A DNA stretch of 64,000 nt from a virus (taxonomy: Duplodnaviria; Caudoviricetes), in IMG/VR virus record IMGVR_UViG_3300044634_000910, positions 1 through 64,000 of that record. One strand, 5' to 3'. Shown here one piece after another: positions 34,560 to 45,500 of the stretch. The notes below the pieces were generated by a model, which ran no database searches, was not told the DNA's origin, and was given only the letters and a program-made list of their open reading frames with translations. Every line of letters begins with the position of its first letter. Position 1 is the first letter of the stretch. The translations under genes and the position numbers were made by a program.

Positions 34560-35699
34560 TTACTTAACTAGAGTAACCTTTGCCTTTGGATTCTTCTTGT
34601 TCCAATTGTTTGCTAGTGTGTTGAATGCCTTCTTCAAAGAAGCAAGTGCTGCTGCATTATCTGCAGTCAACTTGGCAATCTGTGCATCCTTAGCAGCAAG
34701 TGCTGCATCAGAAGCGACCTTTGCATCAGCAAGAGCCTTTGCAGAAGCAGCCTTCTCAGCAGCAAGAGCAGCAGCAGATGCTGCCTTCTCTGTTGCTAGT
34801 GCAGCAGCAGCATCAGCGTTAGCCTTTACAACTGCAGCATCTGAAATAGCCTTAGCAGCAAGTGCTGCATCCTTTGCAGCCTTCTCAGCAGCAAGTTCTG
34901 ATACTAGATCACGAACTGCAATCTCTGCGAATGGTGCAAGTGTTGGAGCAGTCAAACCAACTACTGCTGCTGAAACTGCATCTGATGATGTTGTTGGTGC
35001 AAAAGTAATTAGTGAGCGTGTTCCTGTTGTTGGAAGAGTAGCCTTAAAGGTTGCTGTTCCAAAGTCTGTTAGAGTAGCACCAGTTGTTACTGTTGCTGTA
35101 TCCATAACTGCTGTTGAAGCAAATACGGTTGCTGTAATTGACTTGCCAGATACCTTGTTGCCAAATGCATCTGTTGCAGTTACAACGATATCCTGCTTAG
35201 TTCCTGCTGCACCTGCTGAAGGTGCTGAAACTGTTAGGTTGTTGATCTTACCAGCAGTACCCTGTACATAGTATGTAAGAGTTGTTCCACCATTGTTAAT
35301 TACAACGGTTCCAATTGCTGTTGTCTTTGTGTAGACAAAAAATGTTGCAGTTGTTCCAGTGCCTGTTGCGATTGTCAAAGATGATGATCCTGACGATGCT
35401 CCGACTGGTGCTGCTGATGTGTGTAGTGCTGATACGATTGTTGCGTTAGTTGCTACTGCAGAAACTGATGTTCCTGCTGCTACTGTTGCCACAAAGCGTA
35501 ATGCATCTGCTGCATCGATTGTGTTATCTGCTGGTACTGGCAATGTGGCAGGGGTAGCAATTACACCATTAGTTGTATTTGCTGTTCCATCTAGCGTTAC
35601 CGCTACTGTCATTACTGTAGCATTTGCAGGTGCTACGGCGACCATGCCCAAAGTCATGGCTGCAACCACGGCTAGTGCGATTTTCTTGAATGAATTCAT
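34560..35699 (-). CDS. Secreted Ala/Thr-rich protein with beta-rich region and Ala/Lys coiled tail
   Basis: Signal peptide ending APANA, ATDAFGN motif, AAAEKA repeats; AAGGAG RBS. Confidence 0.75.
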   Translation of the reverse strand: MNSFKKIALAVVAAMTLGMVAVAPANATVMTVAVTLDGTANTTNGVIATPATLPVPADNTIDAADALRFVATVAAGTSVSAVATNATIVSALHTSAAPVGASSGSSSLTIATGTGTTATFFVYTKTTAIGTVVINNGGTTLTYYVQGTAGKINNLTVSAPSAGAAGTKQDIVVTATDAFGNKVSGKSITATVFASTAVMDTATVTTGATLTDFGTATFKATLPTTGTRSLITFAPTTSSDAVSAAVVGLTAPTLAPFAEIAVRDLVSELAAEKAAKDAALAAKAISDAAVVKANADAAAALATEKAASAAALAAEKAASAKALADAKVASDAALAAKDAQIAKLTADNAAALASLKKAFNTLANNWNKKNPKAKVTLVK

Positions 35700-35716
35700 T
35701 CGGTATTTCTCCTTAT

Positions 35717-37489
35717 TTATAGTAGATTTAATCTATCCAAATAGTCTTTTACGTCATCTGGCATAGGTTTATATTGTATCACGTTCTCAGGTAGTTCGTC
35801 AACTCGCTTAGATCTGTCTCTAAAAGTATGAACCTCTACTTCACTGTCTGTATTTTTAGGGGTATGAGATATAGCCCCAAAAATAGCACCACACACAGCA
35901 TCGGCCAAGTCTTTTGACTTTTTGCGTGGGTGGTCAACTCTATCATTTTTCATAATCTTTAACTGTGTTAGTTCATCAAATAATAAATCAATTGCTGGCA
36001 TGGCAAGTCTTTCCTCATACACGAGCATAGCCATATCCTCATAATGTTTCTTGGCAACAGAAACAGTATCAGTTCTCATTCCAACCTGCTTCAATTCATT
36101 TTGTATATCAAATGATTGCCAACGGTCAAAAGAAACCATTCCAATATCAAATCCAAGCCTTCTAAGATTTTGAATCCATTGTTTAACTTCTGATAGATTT
36201 ACTGGGCCTTCTACCTTTGGTTCCCACCATGCTACTGCATCTACTACTACGATTGGTGCTACCTGTTCATAGTTATTAATTACTTGTATGTTTACCCATT
36301 TTTCCACATGTGCAATAGCCACAGCACACTTATCGTGTTTCTGTGCAAGGTCAGCGTGTACATAATACTTCTTTGTTGGGTCTGGCTTAAATGATTCATC
36401 AAATCTTTTAAAAGTGTCTACTGGGTTTCTTAGTGTCATGCATGCTCTTACCTTGTCTGCCTGTTTAAAGAATGCATCAGAAGCAAAAGTTGGTACACAT
36501 GCAAAGCGCATCATAGCATCTCCAAGGTCTGTTAAAAATGCAATCATAAAGTCATCAATTTTACGTGTAGGGTTTACTTCCCATGTAGGTCTCTTTAATG
36601 CAAATACTCCTGGATATTTGTATGATGTGATTTGATCTTCGTCCCAAGAAATTTCAAAAGAATTGTCTGCACTGTCTTCTGGAAGCAATGGATTGATAGT
36701 AAACTTATGTGTTCGTTCTATAGTTTCTTTTTCAGCAATAACATCTTCGTATCTTTCTGAAATAAAGTCTCCTGGATATCTTGGGAAAGACAAAAGAACA
36801 ACCTTACCAAGGTCAGGGAAGCGAGAGTCTACTGATCCACGAAAAGCCTTATAGATGTTGTCAGCAGTCTTGCCTTGTTCGTTACCTGTTCCAACCTCAG
36901 ATGCAAAACCAGAAATCTCATCAAGCACTGCAAGAAGAAGGTTTAGTCCCTCATGTGACTCACGCTCTGAGTGACCAGAATAAACAGTAATTGATTTATC
37001 AAACTCAACTGAATCTGCTTTAGCATAATACTTTCCTACAAACCATGGTGATCTTTCAATCTTTGATTTAAAACCTTTAAAGAAAACATTCTTTGCTTGT
37101 TGAGCGTTAATAGCCACATTGATTAGGTCGATAGCATCTCCAGATGGCTTACCAAAATACTTTGCTGGGTCTTTAAGACATAGAAGTTTATATACGATGT
37201 ATGAGCATGCTACGGTTGATGTGAAGTCTTTTCCAGATCCCTTGCCAAGTTGCAGAATGATTTCGTTCTTTGTGTACTTGTCGTAGTATCTTGTTCCTTC
37301 TTCTTCTCCCATAATATTAATGAGATCTTCTTTGCGATAGATCTGGCTCATGGCCTCTACGATGTCATACTGAATGTCAGACAGTGGTGGCTGTCCAAGG
37401 TATGCTTCACCTTCAACAAATGTTCTTGCGTCTACTGGTATCTCATTAAAATGATCGTCCTGTAGTGCTTCAAGAAACTCATTGAACAT
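35717..37489 (-). CDS. terL: Terminase large subunit
   Basis: GKGSGKD Walker A, AVLDE Walker B; nuclease motifs HADLA and KDLADA. Confidence 0.9.
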   Translation of the reverse strand: MFNEFLEALQDDHFNEIPVDARTFVEGEAYLGQPPLSDIQYDIVEAMSQIYRKEDLINIMGEEEGTRYYDKYTKNEIILQLGKGSGKDFTSTVACSYIVYKLLCLKDPAKYFGKPSGDAIDLINVAINAQQAKNVFFKGFKSKIERSPWFVGKYYAKADSVEFDKSITVYSGHSERESHEGLNLLLAVLDEISGFASEVGTGNEQGKTADNIYKAFRGSVDSRFPDLGKVVLLSFPRYPGDFISERYEDVIAEKETIERTHKFTINPLLPEDSADNSFEISWDEDQITSYKYPGVFALKRPTWEVNPTRKIDDFMIAFLTDLGDAMMRFACVPTFASDAFFKQADKVRACMTLRNPVDTFKRFDESFKPDPTKKYYVHADLAQKHDKCAVAIAHVEKWVNIQVINNYEQVAPIVVVDAVAWWEPKVEGPVNLSEVKQWIQNLRRLGFDIGMVSFDRWQSFDIQNELKQVGMRTDTVSVAKKHYEDMAMLVYEERLAMPAIDLLFDELTQLKIMKNDRVDHPRKKSKDLADAVCGAIFGAISHTPKNTDSEVEVHTFRDRSKRVDELPENVIQYKPMPDDVKDYLDRLNLL

Positions 37490-38015
37490 CGTGGACAACT
37501 GTAATCACCTCATTGTCTTTTGCAAATGCAGAAAGTCTACGCATAATTTCATCACGAACCTGTGGATACTCTGAGGCAATATCTTTTAGAATAAGAACAA
37601 GAATCTCTTGACGCTTTTCAATTTCCATCATCTCTTCAGCAAGTTCTTTATTCTCAAGAAGTCCAGCCTTTTGTAGCATATCAATACGCTTAGACTCAAT
37701 GTCCATTACAAGTTTAATTGCTGCAGTCTTTGCACTAAGATTATTTGTCATTGATGCCTCATCAATAACTTCGTACGTGCGAGAGACTAACTTGCTGTAG
37801 TGTGTGTCTGCTGCTGCTAATGCCTCTTTAGCACGAGCACGGATAGCATCGTTAGCAGATGCCATGACTTTCCACTCATTAATAAGTGTAACCACTCTTT
37901 GTCTTGGTATATCAAGTTGCTTTGAAATTGCTGTTGGATCGTTGCCCTTTAGGTATTCTTCTACTACCTGATTAACCTGGTCAAGGTGCTTAACTAAATC
38001 ATCTTCAGTTGACAT
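37479..38015 (-). CDS. HTH/helical protein, probable terminase small subunit
   Basis: N-terminal HTH-like ISKQLDIPRQRV; directly upstream of terL. Confidence 0.5.
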   Translation of the reverse strand: MSTEDDLVKHLDQVNQVVEEYLKGNDPTAISKQLDIPRQRVVTLINEWKVMASANDAIRARAKEALAAADTHYSKLVSRTYEVIDEASMTNNLSAKTAAIKLVMDIESKRIDMLQKAGLLENKELAEEMMEIEKRQEILVLILKDIASEYPQVRDEIMRRLSAFAKDNEVITVVHDVQ

Positions 38016-38250
38016 ACTTACCTTCTAATCTATTGATCTCATCTTTAATATAAAAGATTGCTTTCTCAAGATCCTGAATAGTTTTTGATTCATCCTTGAT
38101 ACCCGCTCTCCAAAGATACTTAAAAGCATTGCCAATGTTAAAGTTGCGATGGCGTGTAATCTGAATACATTCCACCCCAGAAGGATCTGTTGTGTAGTGT
38201 GTTGGGTGGTTAACTTGGTCAACCGTTATGTTCAGGTTTTCACTCATCAT
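38005..38250 (-). CDS. DUF3310-family protein
   Basis: VNHPTHY...ECI...GNAFKYLWRAG.K...DLEKA.FY. Confidence 0.85.
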   Translation of the reverse strand: MMSENLNITVDQVNHPTHYTTDPSGVECIQITRHRNFNIGNAFKYLWRAGIKDESKTIQDLEKAIFYIKDEINRLEGKYVN

Positions 38251-38358
38251 CTTCCTCCCAGTCAAACGCTTCTGGCATATTACGCAGTGTTGCAGTGGCA
38301 TAGGAGATACCAACTGCTGCTACTAATGATAATATAAAAAGCATATACTTAATCTTTT

Positions 38359-38514
38359 TCATCGCTTTGATTTCCTTAATTTAAATTTTGCAAGGTAGAC
38401 ATAGATGGTCTCAACACTAGCACCACACTCCTTAGCAATTTCTTCTGGAGTCCTTTTATCCACAAGATATCTCTTACGCATATAGACTTCGCTTGTATAT
38501 AGTTTAGCACCCAC
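38359..38514 (-). CDS. Small HTH DNA-binding protein
   Basis: GTG start; TPEEIAKECGASVETIYVYL; below the ORF-track cutoff. Confidence 0.65.
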   Translation of the reverse strand: MGAKLYTSEVYMRKRYLVDKRTPEEIAKECGASVETIYVYLAKFKLRKSKR

Positions 38515-38518
38515 GGTA

Positions 38519-39163
38519 TTAATTGTCAACCCCTTTCTCTTCTATATCATAATTAAATCTATTAGAGTTTTCCATAATCCATTTATCCTGATTTTCAACA
38601 TCATATTTTCTCTCATTAATTATTCTATCAATCAGGTATTCTTTTTCAAGTGTAAATGATGGCTCATAAATACGAACTCTGTTGTTAGGCTGAATGGCAA
38701 AATTCCCATCATCTCTTTGTATAACATGCCCACATTTATGGTCTGCAGGGCTTTCGGAGTAGCCGTCATCTAAAACATTTGTATCTGGATTGTGCCAGTC
38801 TAATGTGAATAGATAGGTTCCTTTATGCATTGTTTTTGTTCTATCAATGTAAGACATTCTAAGGTTAGTTAAATTTTCAAACCGAGTTACTGCAATGTGA
38901 TGGCTAAAAGAATTCCACAAAACTAAATTGTGAAGATCTACTTCAGGTACTCCTGGCTCAGTACAAAATGCAGAGATTGGAAGTCTCCACCAAAGTCCAC
39001 CATCTGGCATCATAATGTGGAACAATGGGCTTCTGGACTTCAAACTTGACACACCAAAAACAACACACTCAAAGTATTTATCGTGGCTATCTTGGTGATT
39101 TCTTAAATAGTTTCCACGCACATAGCAATTTATTGGTGGTATGTTTGCATTTAACTCTGGCAT
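38519..39163 (-). CDS. Conserved hypothetical phage protein
   Basis: LNANIPP, RLPISAF, YLFTLDW and QPNNR motifs. Confidence 0.8.
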   Translation of the reverse strand: MPELNANIPPINCYVRGNYLRNHQDSHDKYFECVVFGVSSLKSRSPLFHIMMPDGGLWWRLPISAFCTEPGVPEVDLHNLVLWNSFSHHIAVTRFENLTNLRMSYIDRTKTMHKGTYLFTLDWHNPDTNVLDDGYSESPADHKCGHVIQRDDGNFAIQPNNRVRIYEPSFTLEKEYLIDRIINERKYDVENQDKWIMENSNRFNYDIEEKGVDN

Positions 39164-39759
39164 TATTCAGTCCACCCTACTGCTTTATTCCAATTCTTAA
39201 TTGCCCAATGACCAATTCCGCAGGCATCTGCCACATCGTTGTCTGTTATTGTTCTGTCGTATTGCATGTTAATAAAACTAATTGTTCTTTGCTTTCTTAG
39301 TTCTCTCTCATAAGACTTAAGCCATGACTCTGACTTCCCTGGGTTTTGTGACTTAATAAATAGTTTTTCATCTTTAGATATCTTCTTGTTTCCAATAAAG
39401 TTCTGCCAAGTAATTGGCGCTACCTTTCCTATAACCTTCGTACCAGACTGTCCTGCTGCTCCAAGAATAGCGCCTTGTACAAGAGCAAGATCAGCAGCAG
39501 TCTTAGGGCTATTCATAAACACTGTGTGCTCAATGACGATAGCCTCAAACCCTTCGTATATATCAAGAAAGGCCTTTACCTTTTGTCCAGCATCCATAAC
39601 CTTTTCATAAGTGTCCTTGCCTTTAAAGTTAATCTTGCCTACCGACTTTAATGTTTTTTCCTGTGTATCAAAAATAGCAAAGGCAAGACTATTAGTGCTT
39701 GCATCGATAGCACAAATAGTTTTTGGAGGTTTAGTTCCTATTGCCTCTGCTAATTTCAT
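39163..39759 (-). CDS. RuvC-like Holliday junction resolvase
   Basis: AIDAS, VIE and DVADACGI acidic motifs. Confidence 0.8.
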   Translation of the reverse strand: MKLAEAIGTKPPKTICAIDASTNSLAFAIFDTQEKTLKSVGKINFKGKDTYEKVMDAGQKVKAFLDIYEGFEAIVIEHTVFMNSPKTAADLALVQGAILGAAGQSGTKVIGKVAPITWQNFIGNKKISKDEKLFIKSQNPGKSESWLKSYERELRKQRTISFINMQYDRTITDNDVADACGIGHWAIKNWNKAVGWTE

Positions 39760-40031
39760 TTTAAATTATCCTTAATTTTTTTTAACGCTTTTGCTACATC
39801 TGAAGGGTTGACATTGCATTTTACGCAAAGAGTTTCGTCATTATATATTGACAAAGGCTCTTTGCATGACTTACAATTTCTTTCCTTTCCTTTTCTTTTT
39901 TGTCGTCTAGAAACTATATACCTTGCAGCAATTTTTTCTTTTGTTGCCATGTCTCTACACTCTGGTGAGCAATATATTTGATATGCTATATCTGTTTTAA
40001 ATTGTTTATCACACCATTGACAATGCTTCAT
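39756..40031 (-). CDS. Zinc-finger protein
   Basis: CQWC, YCSPEC, CKSC and CVKC. Confidence 0.75.
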   Translation of the reverse strand: MKHCQWCDKQFKTDIAYQIYCSPECRDMATKEKIAARYIVSRRQKRKGKERNCKSCKEPLSIYNDETLCVKCNVNPSDVAKALKKIKDNLK

Positions 40032-40809
40032 CTATAGGCTCCAAGGACTTTAGTTTAAAGTCTCCCTTGCCAGCATCTGCACAAGCCTTTTTAATAGGAC
40101 ATGATTTGCAAATTTTTGAATTTGAACGATAGTTCTTTTCAGGCAGAGTTCTGTCGACCCAAGCCTTACGAACTGATCTCATCCATTCAAACGTCTGGTC
40201 TACCCACCGACGATAATAATCATTTACTTCTACTGGAAGAATAAGCAACTCGTGATTGTTTTTATTTTCATAAATAAGAACAGCCTTTGCTTTCTTAAGA
40301 ATCTTCATATAAATAAGTAACTGAACAAGGTGTCCAGTCTTAGGTTTCATATGTGCCTTACGGTACTCAAAACCTTCATTCATCATTGTTTTAATTTCGC
40401 CAAGGAGTTCTTCTCCCTGCCAATTAATCATAACATCTCCATAGCCAAAGATTGGCGGATCAGTATAAGTTATTTTAAACTCTTCGTCTACAAGAAAATC
40501 AGGAACATTTCTCATTGCTTCCTGAATTCTTTCGTGTGATTTTGTTCCTGCAGTCATATTGGCTGCGCTATATGGTGTTGCATCATCTTCAAACATCTGA
40601 CCATCAAAAGCAAGGTACCAATATCTTGGGCACTCTCCATGCCCGTAGGCAATTGTAGATGGTGCAAAAGTCTTCTTCTGTGTCTGTTTGTCAATGCGGT
40701 TAACAGTATAACCAGACTGAATTTTTTCAGTCAAGCCAGCAACATCTATTGAGTGTACTGGTGGCTTTTCCTGCTTTACCATAATCTGTTGCAATAAACT
40801 TTTTGTCAT
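40009..40809 (-). CDS. Cas4-like PD-(D/E)XK exonuclease
   Basis: CPR, H, GYGD, EIKT, QLLIY and CKSCPIKKAC. Confidence 0.85.
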   Translation of the reverse strand: MTKSLLQQIMVKQEKPPVHSIDVAGLTEKIQSGYTVNRIDKQTQKKTFAPSTIAYGHGECPRYWYLAFDGQMFEDDATPYSAANMTAGTKSHERIQEAMRNVPDFLVDEEFKITYTDPPIFGYGDVMINWQGEELLGEIKTMMNEGFEYRKAHMKPKTGHLVQLLIYMKILKKAKAVLIYENKNNHELLILPVEVNDYYRRWVDQTFEWMRSVRKAWVDRTLPEKNYRSNSKICKSCPIKKACADAGKGDFKLKSLEPIDEALSMV

Positions 40810-40844
40810 TTTTTACTCGTTTCTATTAGTATAAGTATAGCAGA

Positions 40845-41150
40845 TTAGCGTGTAATATATTTGAGTGCAGACACTAAATTATTAAGCGACTCTGCTGCCG
40901 TATAATAAAGATTCTTTTTTCCACGATCTGACTTGTCAACATTTGCCATCCATGTAGCCTTAAAAGCCATTTTTGCAGCAATTGCCTGAAGTCGCACTAT
41001 CTCTACGTGAGCAACATTAATTGGGATGTCTGGCTTTATAATTAGTTTAGCAATCATTGTTAGTGCAACTGTTAGTTCTTCGTCTTCCATATAGTCTGCA
41101 ATCTCTGCAAGACCGTTTACCATATCTATTGTTGTTCCCTGCTGTTCCAT
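40845..41150 (-). CDS. Hypothetical helical protein
   Basis: 101-aa ORF with GGAGG RBS. Confidence 0.75.
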   Translation of the reverse strand: MEQQGTTIDMVNGLAEIADYMEDEELTVALTMIAKLIIKPDIPINVAHVEIVRLQAIAAKMAFKATWMANVDKSDRGKKNLYYTAAESLNNLVSALKYITR

Positions 41151-41431
41151 TATTCCTCCACCATGTTTTCTAAAATACTCATCTCAATTATAGCAAGTCT
41201 TACCTTTGCATTACCCTCGCCCATTACCACAACGATGGCTGGGTCCTTGCCATTCTTCATGGCATCTGTTGTTGCCTTAGCCCAAACCTCTTTATTCAAA
41301 GTAAAAGATTTTCCAACCTCTTTAAAATCTACAACAAAGTTTTTCCAGGAAGCATCTCCCTTTTGAGTATTGCGACCAGAGTTCTTGTGCTGCTTAGCAC
41401 CTATTCTCTTAGACTCACTCTTCTCTGTCAT
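41150..41431 (-). CDS. Small PD-(D/E)XK resolvase-like protein
   Basis: NSGR...KGD...VDFK motif. Confidence 0.6.
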   Translation of the reverse strand: MTEKSESKRIGAKQHKNSGRNTQKGDASWKNFVVDFKEVGKSFTLNKEVWAKATTDAMKNGKDPAIVVVMGEGNAKVRLAIIEMSILENMVEE

Positions 41432-41583
41432 TACCCTTCCATTTCTGCTTTCCAAACTTAACAGTACTTAGGTGTTTACTTGGACACATCCATGTTGCAG
41501 TTTTTGTATCTGCATAAAGCCTTAAAGATTTAACCTCTGCTTTGCATTCATGGCAAACAAACTTTCCATTATAAACTGTATAA

Positions 41584-42594
41584 CTAGCCATTTAGTTTAG
41601 CCTTGATTGATTCTTGCAAGTCAAGATCCTCTCTTACACGATTAACAAACGCTTCCTTGCCCTGCACTTTTGTTCCATCAGGAAGTATGTACCAGGCACC
41701 TGTACGCTCTACAATGCCGTTTAATTCTGCGGTAGTAACCAAATCACCAATGGTATCAAGACCAATATCGTCACCTCTAAAATAAAAATCGTACTCACCA
41801 GACTGGAACCCTGGAGAGGTTTTGGAGAACTGAAGTTCCCACTTAATAGTTCTACCAATCTTTTCTTCAATTAATTTATCTCCTACCTTGATCTTTCCCT
41901 TAATCGCTTGATTGTCTGACTCTGAAGAAAAGAGTTTAATAATACATGAGGAATAAAACTTAGTAGCCTGACCACCAGAAGGCTGCTGGCTAGTATACAT
42001 AGCATTAATATTATTACGAGACTGAGAAATGAGAACAAGCAAAGTTGGCTTAACTTTATTGTTTGCATAGTTAAGCATTTTCCATGCGTTACTAAAGTCA
42101 CGGGATTCTGCTCCAATCTGCTTTGTGTTTTCCAAAGCCTTCATTTCATCTGTGTCCTTTTCAAAATAAATTGCAGGAAGCATAGATGTAATAGAGTCTA
42201 CCACAATTAAATCAACTCCAGCATTCATCAGCCCTACTCCAACATCTACCATGTCACTGATAGTTCTTGCTTGTGAGTAGATTAGTTTTTCTGGATCTAC
42301 ACCAAGAGTTCTAGCCCATTCTTCTGAGTACGACATCTCTGAGTCAATCCATGCACACAACTTGCCCTCTGCCTGTGCTAAAGCAATCATTTGAAGGCAC
42401 ATAGAGGACTTTGCAGAAGACTTAGAACCCCAGATAAGGACTTGTCTGCCGTAAGGAAGCCCACCACCCAAGGCACGGTTCAAACCAAAACTGGGTGTAG
42501 GCTGGTACTCATAGTTAACTCCTACCCCGCTACCCAATCTCTTTCTTAACTTTGGGTCAAGTTGTGCTAACGCTTCTTCTATACTAACTGACAT
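41584..42594 (-). CDS. recA: RecA/UvsX-like recombinase
   Basis: LNRALGGGLPYGR, WIDSE, VVDS, ISQ.R, SGG and GAWY motifs. Confidence 0.92.
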   Translation of the reverse strand: MSVSIEEALAQLDPKLRKRLGSGVGVNYEYQPTPSFGLNRALGGGLPYGRQVLIWGSKSSAKSSMCLQMIALAQAEGKLCAWIDSEMSYSEEWARTLGVDPEKLIYSQARTISDMVDVGVGLMNAGVDLIVVDSITSMLPAIYFEKDTDEMKALENTKQIGAESRDFSNAWKMLNYANNKVKPTLLVLISQSRNNINAMYTSQQPSGGQATKFYSSCIIKLFSSESDNQAIKGKIKVGDKLIEEKIGRTIKWELQFSKTSPGFQSGEYDFYFRGDDIGLDTIGDLVTTAELNGIVERTGAWYILPDGTKVQGKEAFVNRVREDLDLQESIKAKLNG

Positions 42595-45500
42595 GTACAT
42601 CCTCCAATGTTACGGTTCCGTCTTTAGTCTTACCAAAATCAAACTTATAAGATTTTCCTTCTTCAATATGCATGTACGCTTTTGCAAAAGATGTAGGGAA
42701 AACTGTAATAGAATGCAGATCTCTACTTGTATCTGCAAGTGTAAGAGATGCCATCTTCTTGCCAGTCTTTGTAACTCTTGGTTTAAAAGAGACTACAAAC
42801 ATTTCATCATCTTTGTATGGAAGTTGCTTATAACTTAAGAACTTTACAAGAGCATGTGATGATTCTTTTATCTCATCTGAAGGTATGAAAGAAACAATCC
42901 TATTATCATTACACAAGACCAGATAAGAACGACCTGTCTCAATAGTTGTATTTTCATCATCAAATATACCGACACTGCCAGTTTTGTCCAAAATTTCAAC
43001 TCGTGACCATCCTGTTCCTCGTTTAATAGATTTTACCATACCCATAAAAATGTATGATCCTTTTTCTTCAAAGTCTACAATATCCTGAATGAACGCATAA
43101 TAATGAGAAGGTATTGTAATATTAAACTCTGGAAGGTTTAAGTATTCATACAGGTTCTCTTTAATCTCCTGATCATTTCTGGGATTATCATTAAATGTTG
43201 CTGCACCAATTACTTTTAGTGCCTGGAGTGCACGGCTGTTTACTCCGTTTCCTTTTGTAAAGGTAAACTCTTCGAGTTCTTTATATGAACTAAAAGGTCG
43301 TGCTGAGATATATCTCTCACCAATCTTGTCAGATATGAACTTGATAGCACTGAGTCCAAACCTAATGCCCTTACCCTCAATCTTAAAATCAATATCCGAA
43401 TCGTTAATGTGAGGTAACTTAATGCTAATGCCCATTCTTTTTGCTTCAATAAGGTATTCAGTTCTTGCATCTTTGTCCTTTTCATTCTTTAGCACTGAGT
43501 ACATAAACTCAAGTGGGTAATAATACTTTAACCATGCTGTCCAATAGGATAGCGTTGAGTATGCTACTGCGTGAGATTTATTAAATGAATACCCTGCGTG
43601 AGCCTCAAAGTCATGCCATAGATCACGAGCAGCGTTAGGAGCAATAAACTTAGATGCACCCTCTACGAACTTCTCTTTAAACTGATCAAATTCTTTAGCA
43701 TCTTTTTTCTTGCCAATGATTTTTCTAACTTTATCTGCTTCCGACATGGACATACCGCCAAGGTGTACGCATGCTTGCATAACCTGTTCCTGGTAAAGAA
43801 TACAGCCATATGTGTCCTCCGTAAATTGTTTTAGTACTTGGTGAGTATAGGAAATGTTTTGACGACCATGCTTACGATCAACATAGTCCTTACCAATAGT
43901 ATTCATTGCACCTGGACGAACAAGAGCATTTGATGCTGCAAGTTCATTTAGATTCTTGACACCCATCTTAACAAGAAGGTTTGTGTATGGTGCTGCTTCA
44001 CACTGAAACACTCCCTTTGTATATCCGTCAGATAGCATCTGATAAACATTTGCATCATCCATCTTGATCTTAAGAAGGTCGATCTTCTTTCCATCTCGCT
44101 CTTTAATAATATCAATTGTATTCTTAAGAACAGACAATGTCTTAAGACCAAGCGCATCAATCTTAATTAAACCAATTCTTTCAGCCTCTTCCATGTCAAC
44201 ACCAACTACTGGAATTCTTTCGTCAGACCCAGTAGATGATCTTGTTTCAAGTGGTGCATACCTAAAGATTGGTTCTTTTGCAGTTACAACACCAGCAGCG
44301 TGAATACCTGTGCCACGAATTCGACCACGAAGTTGTTCTCCGTAAACCTCTACCTCTGGATACTTCTCACGAAACTCGTATGTTGATTTTGATGTACAGA
44401 AATCATCCCATGTATCTACAGTCTTTAAAACCTTATTAACATCTGATAGAGGAATGTTTAATACTCGTGCAACATCTCTAACAATTCCCTTACCTGTAAA
44501 CTCAAGGAAGGTGGCAATAGATGCAACATGTCGATACTGTCTAACAAGATAATCTTTAACTTCTTCACGACGAGTATCTTGAATATCTGTATCGATATCT
44601 GGGAAGTCGTTACGCTCTGGATTAATAAAGCGGAAGAACAAAAGATTGTGCTCAATAGGATCAATGTCTGTAATCTTTAATGCATAACAAACCAGAGAAC
44701 CAGCAGATGAGCCACGACCTGGGCCTACCATAATCTCTTCCTTCTTGGCCCAGTTGATCATGTTACTTACAACAAGGAAGTAGGGCGCAAACTTCTTATC
44801 CTTAATAATCTGCAACTCTTCTTCAAGTCTATCAAGGTACTCTTGGTTTTCTGACAAACCTCGCTCTACCAAACCTTCCAATGCAGCCTTTGCAAGTTCC
44901 TTGTCAGGACTCTTATACTGTACTGGTAAAAGGTTTAGTCCTTCTTGAATGCCATAGTCTCCTACTGTCTCTGCTAATAGGAGTGTGTTTGAGTAGATGT
45001 CTGGTCTATCAATACCCTGCGCTTCCATGGCTGCTTTGATCTCTTCATAAGATAGAAGGTGGATGTCAAACTTATTAAATGACATCTGACGGTCTTCGCC
45101 ATAGAGATAATCAAGGCGCTGCATCATGTTGCCTTTTTTCTTTGATTTTTCATATGTTGTATCTTTTACAAACTTACCATGTGTGTTCATAAGCAACTTA
45201 AACTCTTGAACTTCTTTTTGTGATGGGTCAACATGGTGGCAGTCTGGTGTAACAATAACTTTGATATCAAACTCATCCGCAAGTTCTATTAAATACTTAT
45301 TTATGTGTGCTTCATTGTGAGGCATAACCTCAATGTAGTAGTCATCAGCAAAGCGCTCTTTAAACCAAGAGATGTATTTCTTTGCAAGAGCAAACTCTTC
45401 TTCCTCAAGTGCTTTAACTAAAACGCTACTTGGGCAAGCAGAAGAAACAATAATTCCTTCTTTATATTTTTCTAATATAGTAAAATCAAATCTTGGCTTC

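Noticed and set aside
32406-35766. Long + strand ORFs (32406..33161, 34507..35271, 35359..35766)
   Set aside because: Antisense shadows of low-complexity Pro/Thr- and Ala-rich genes.
40009-40809. Cas4-like gene as a CRISPR-Cas component
   Set aside because: It is a solo nuclease within the recombination module, as is common in phages; no cas1/cas2 or array is present.
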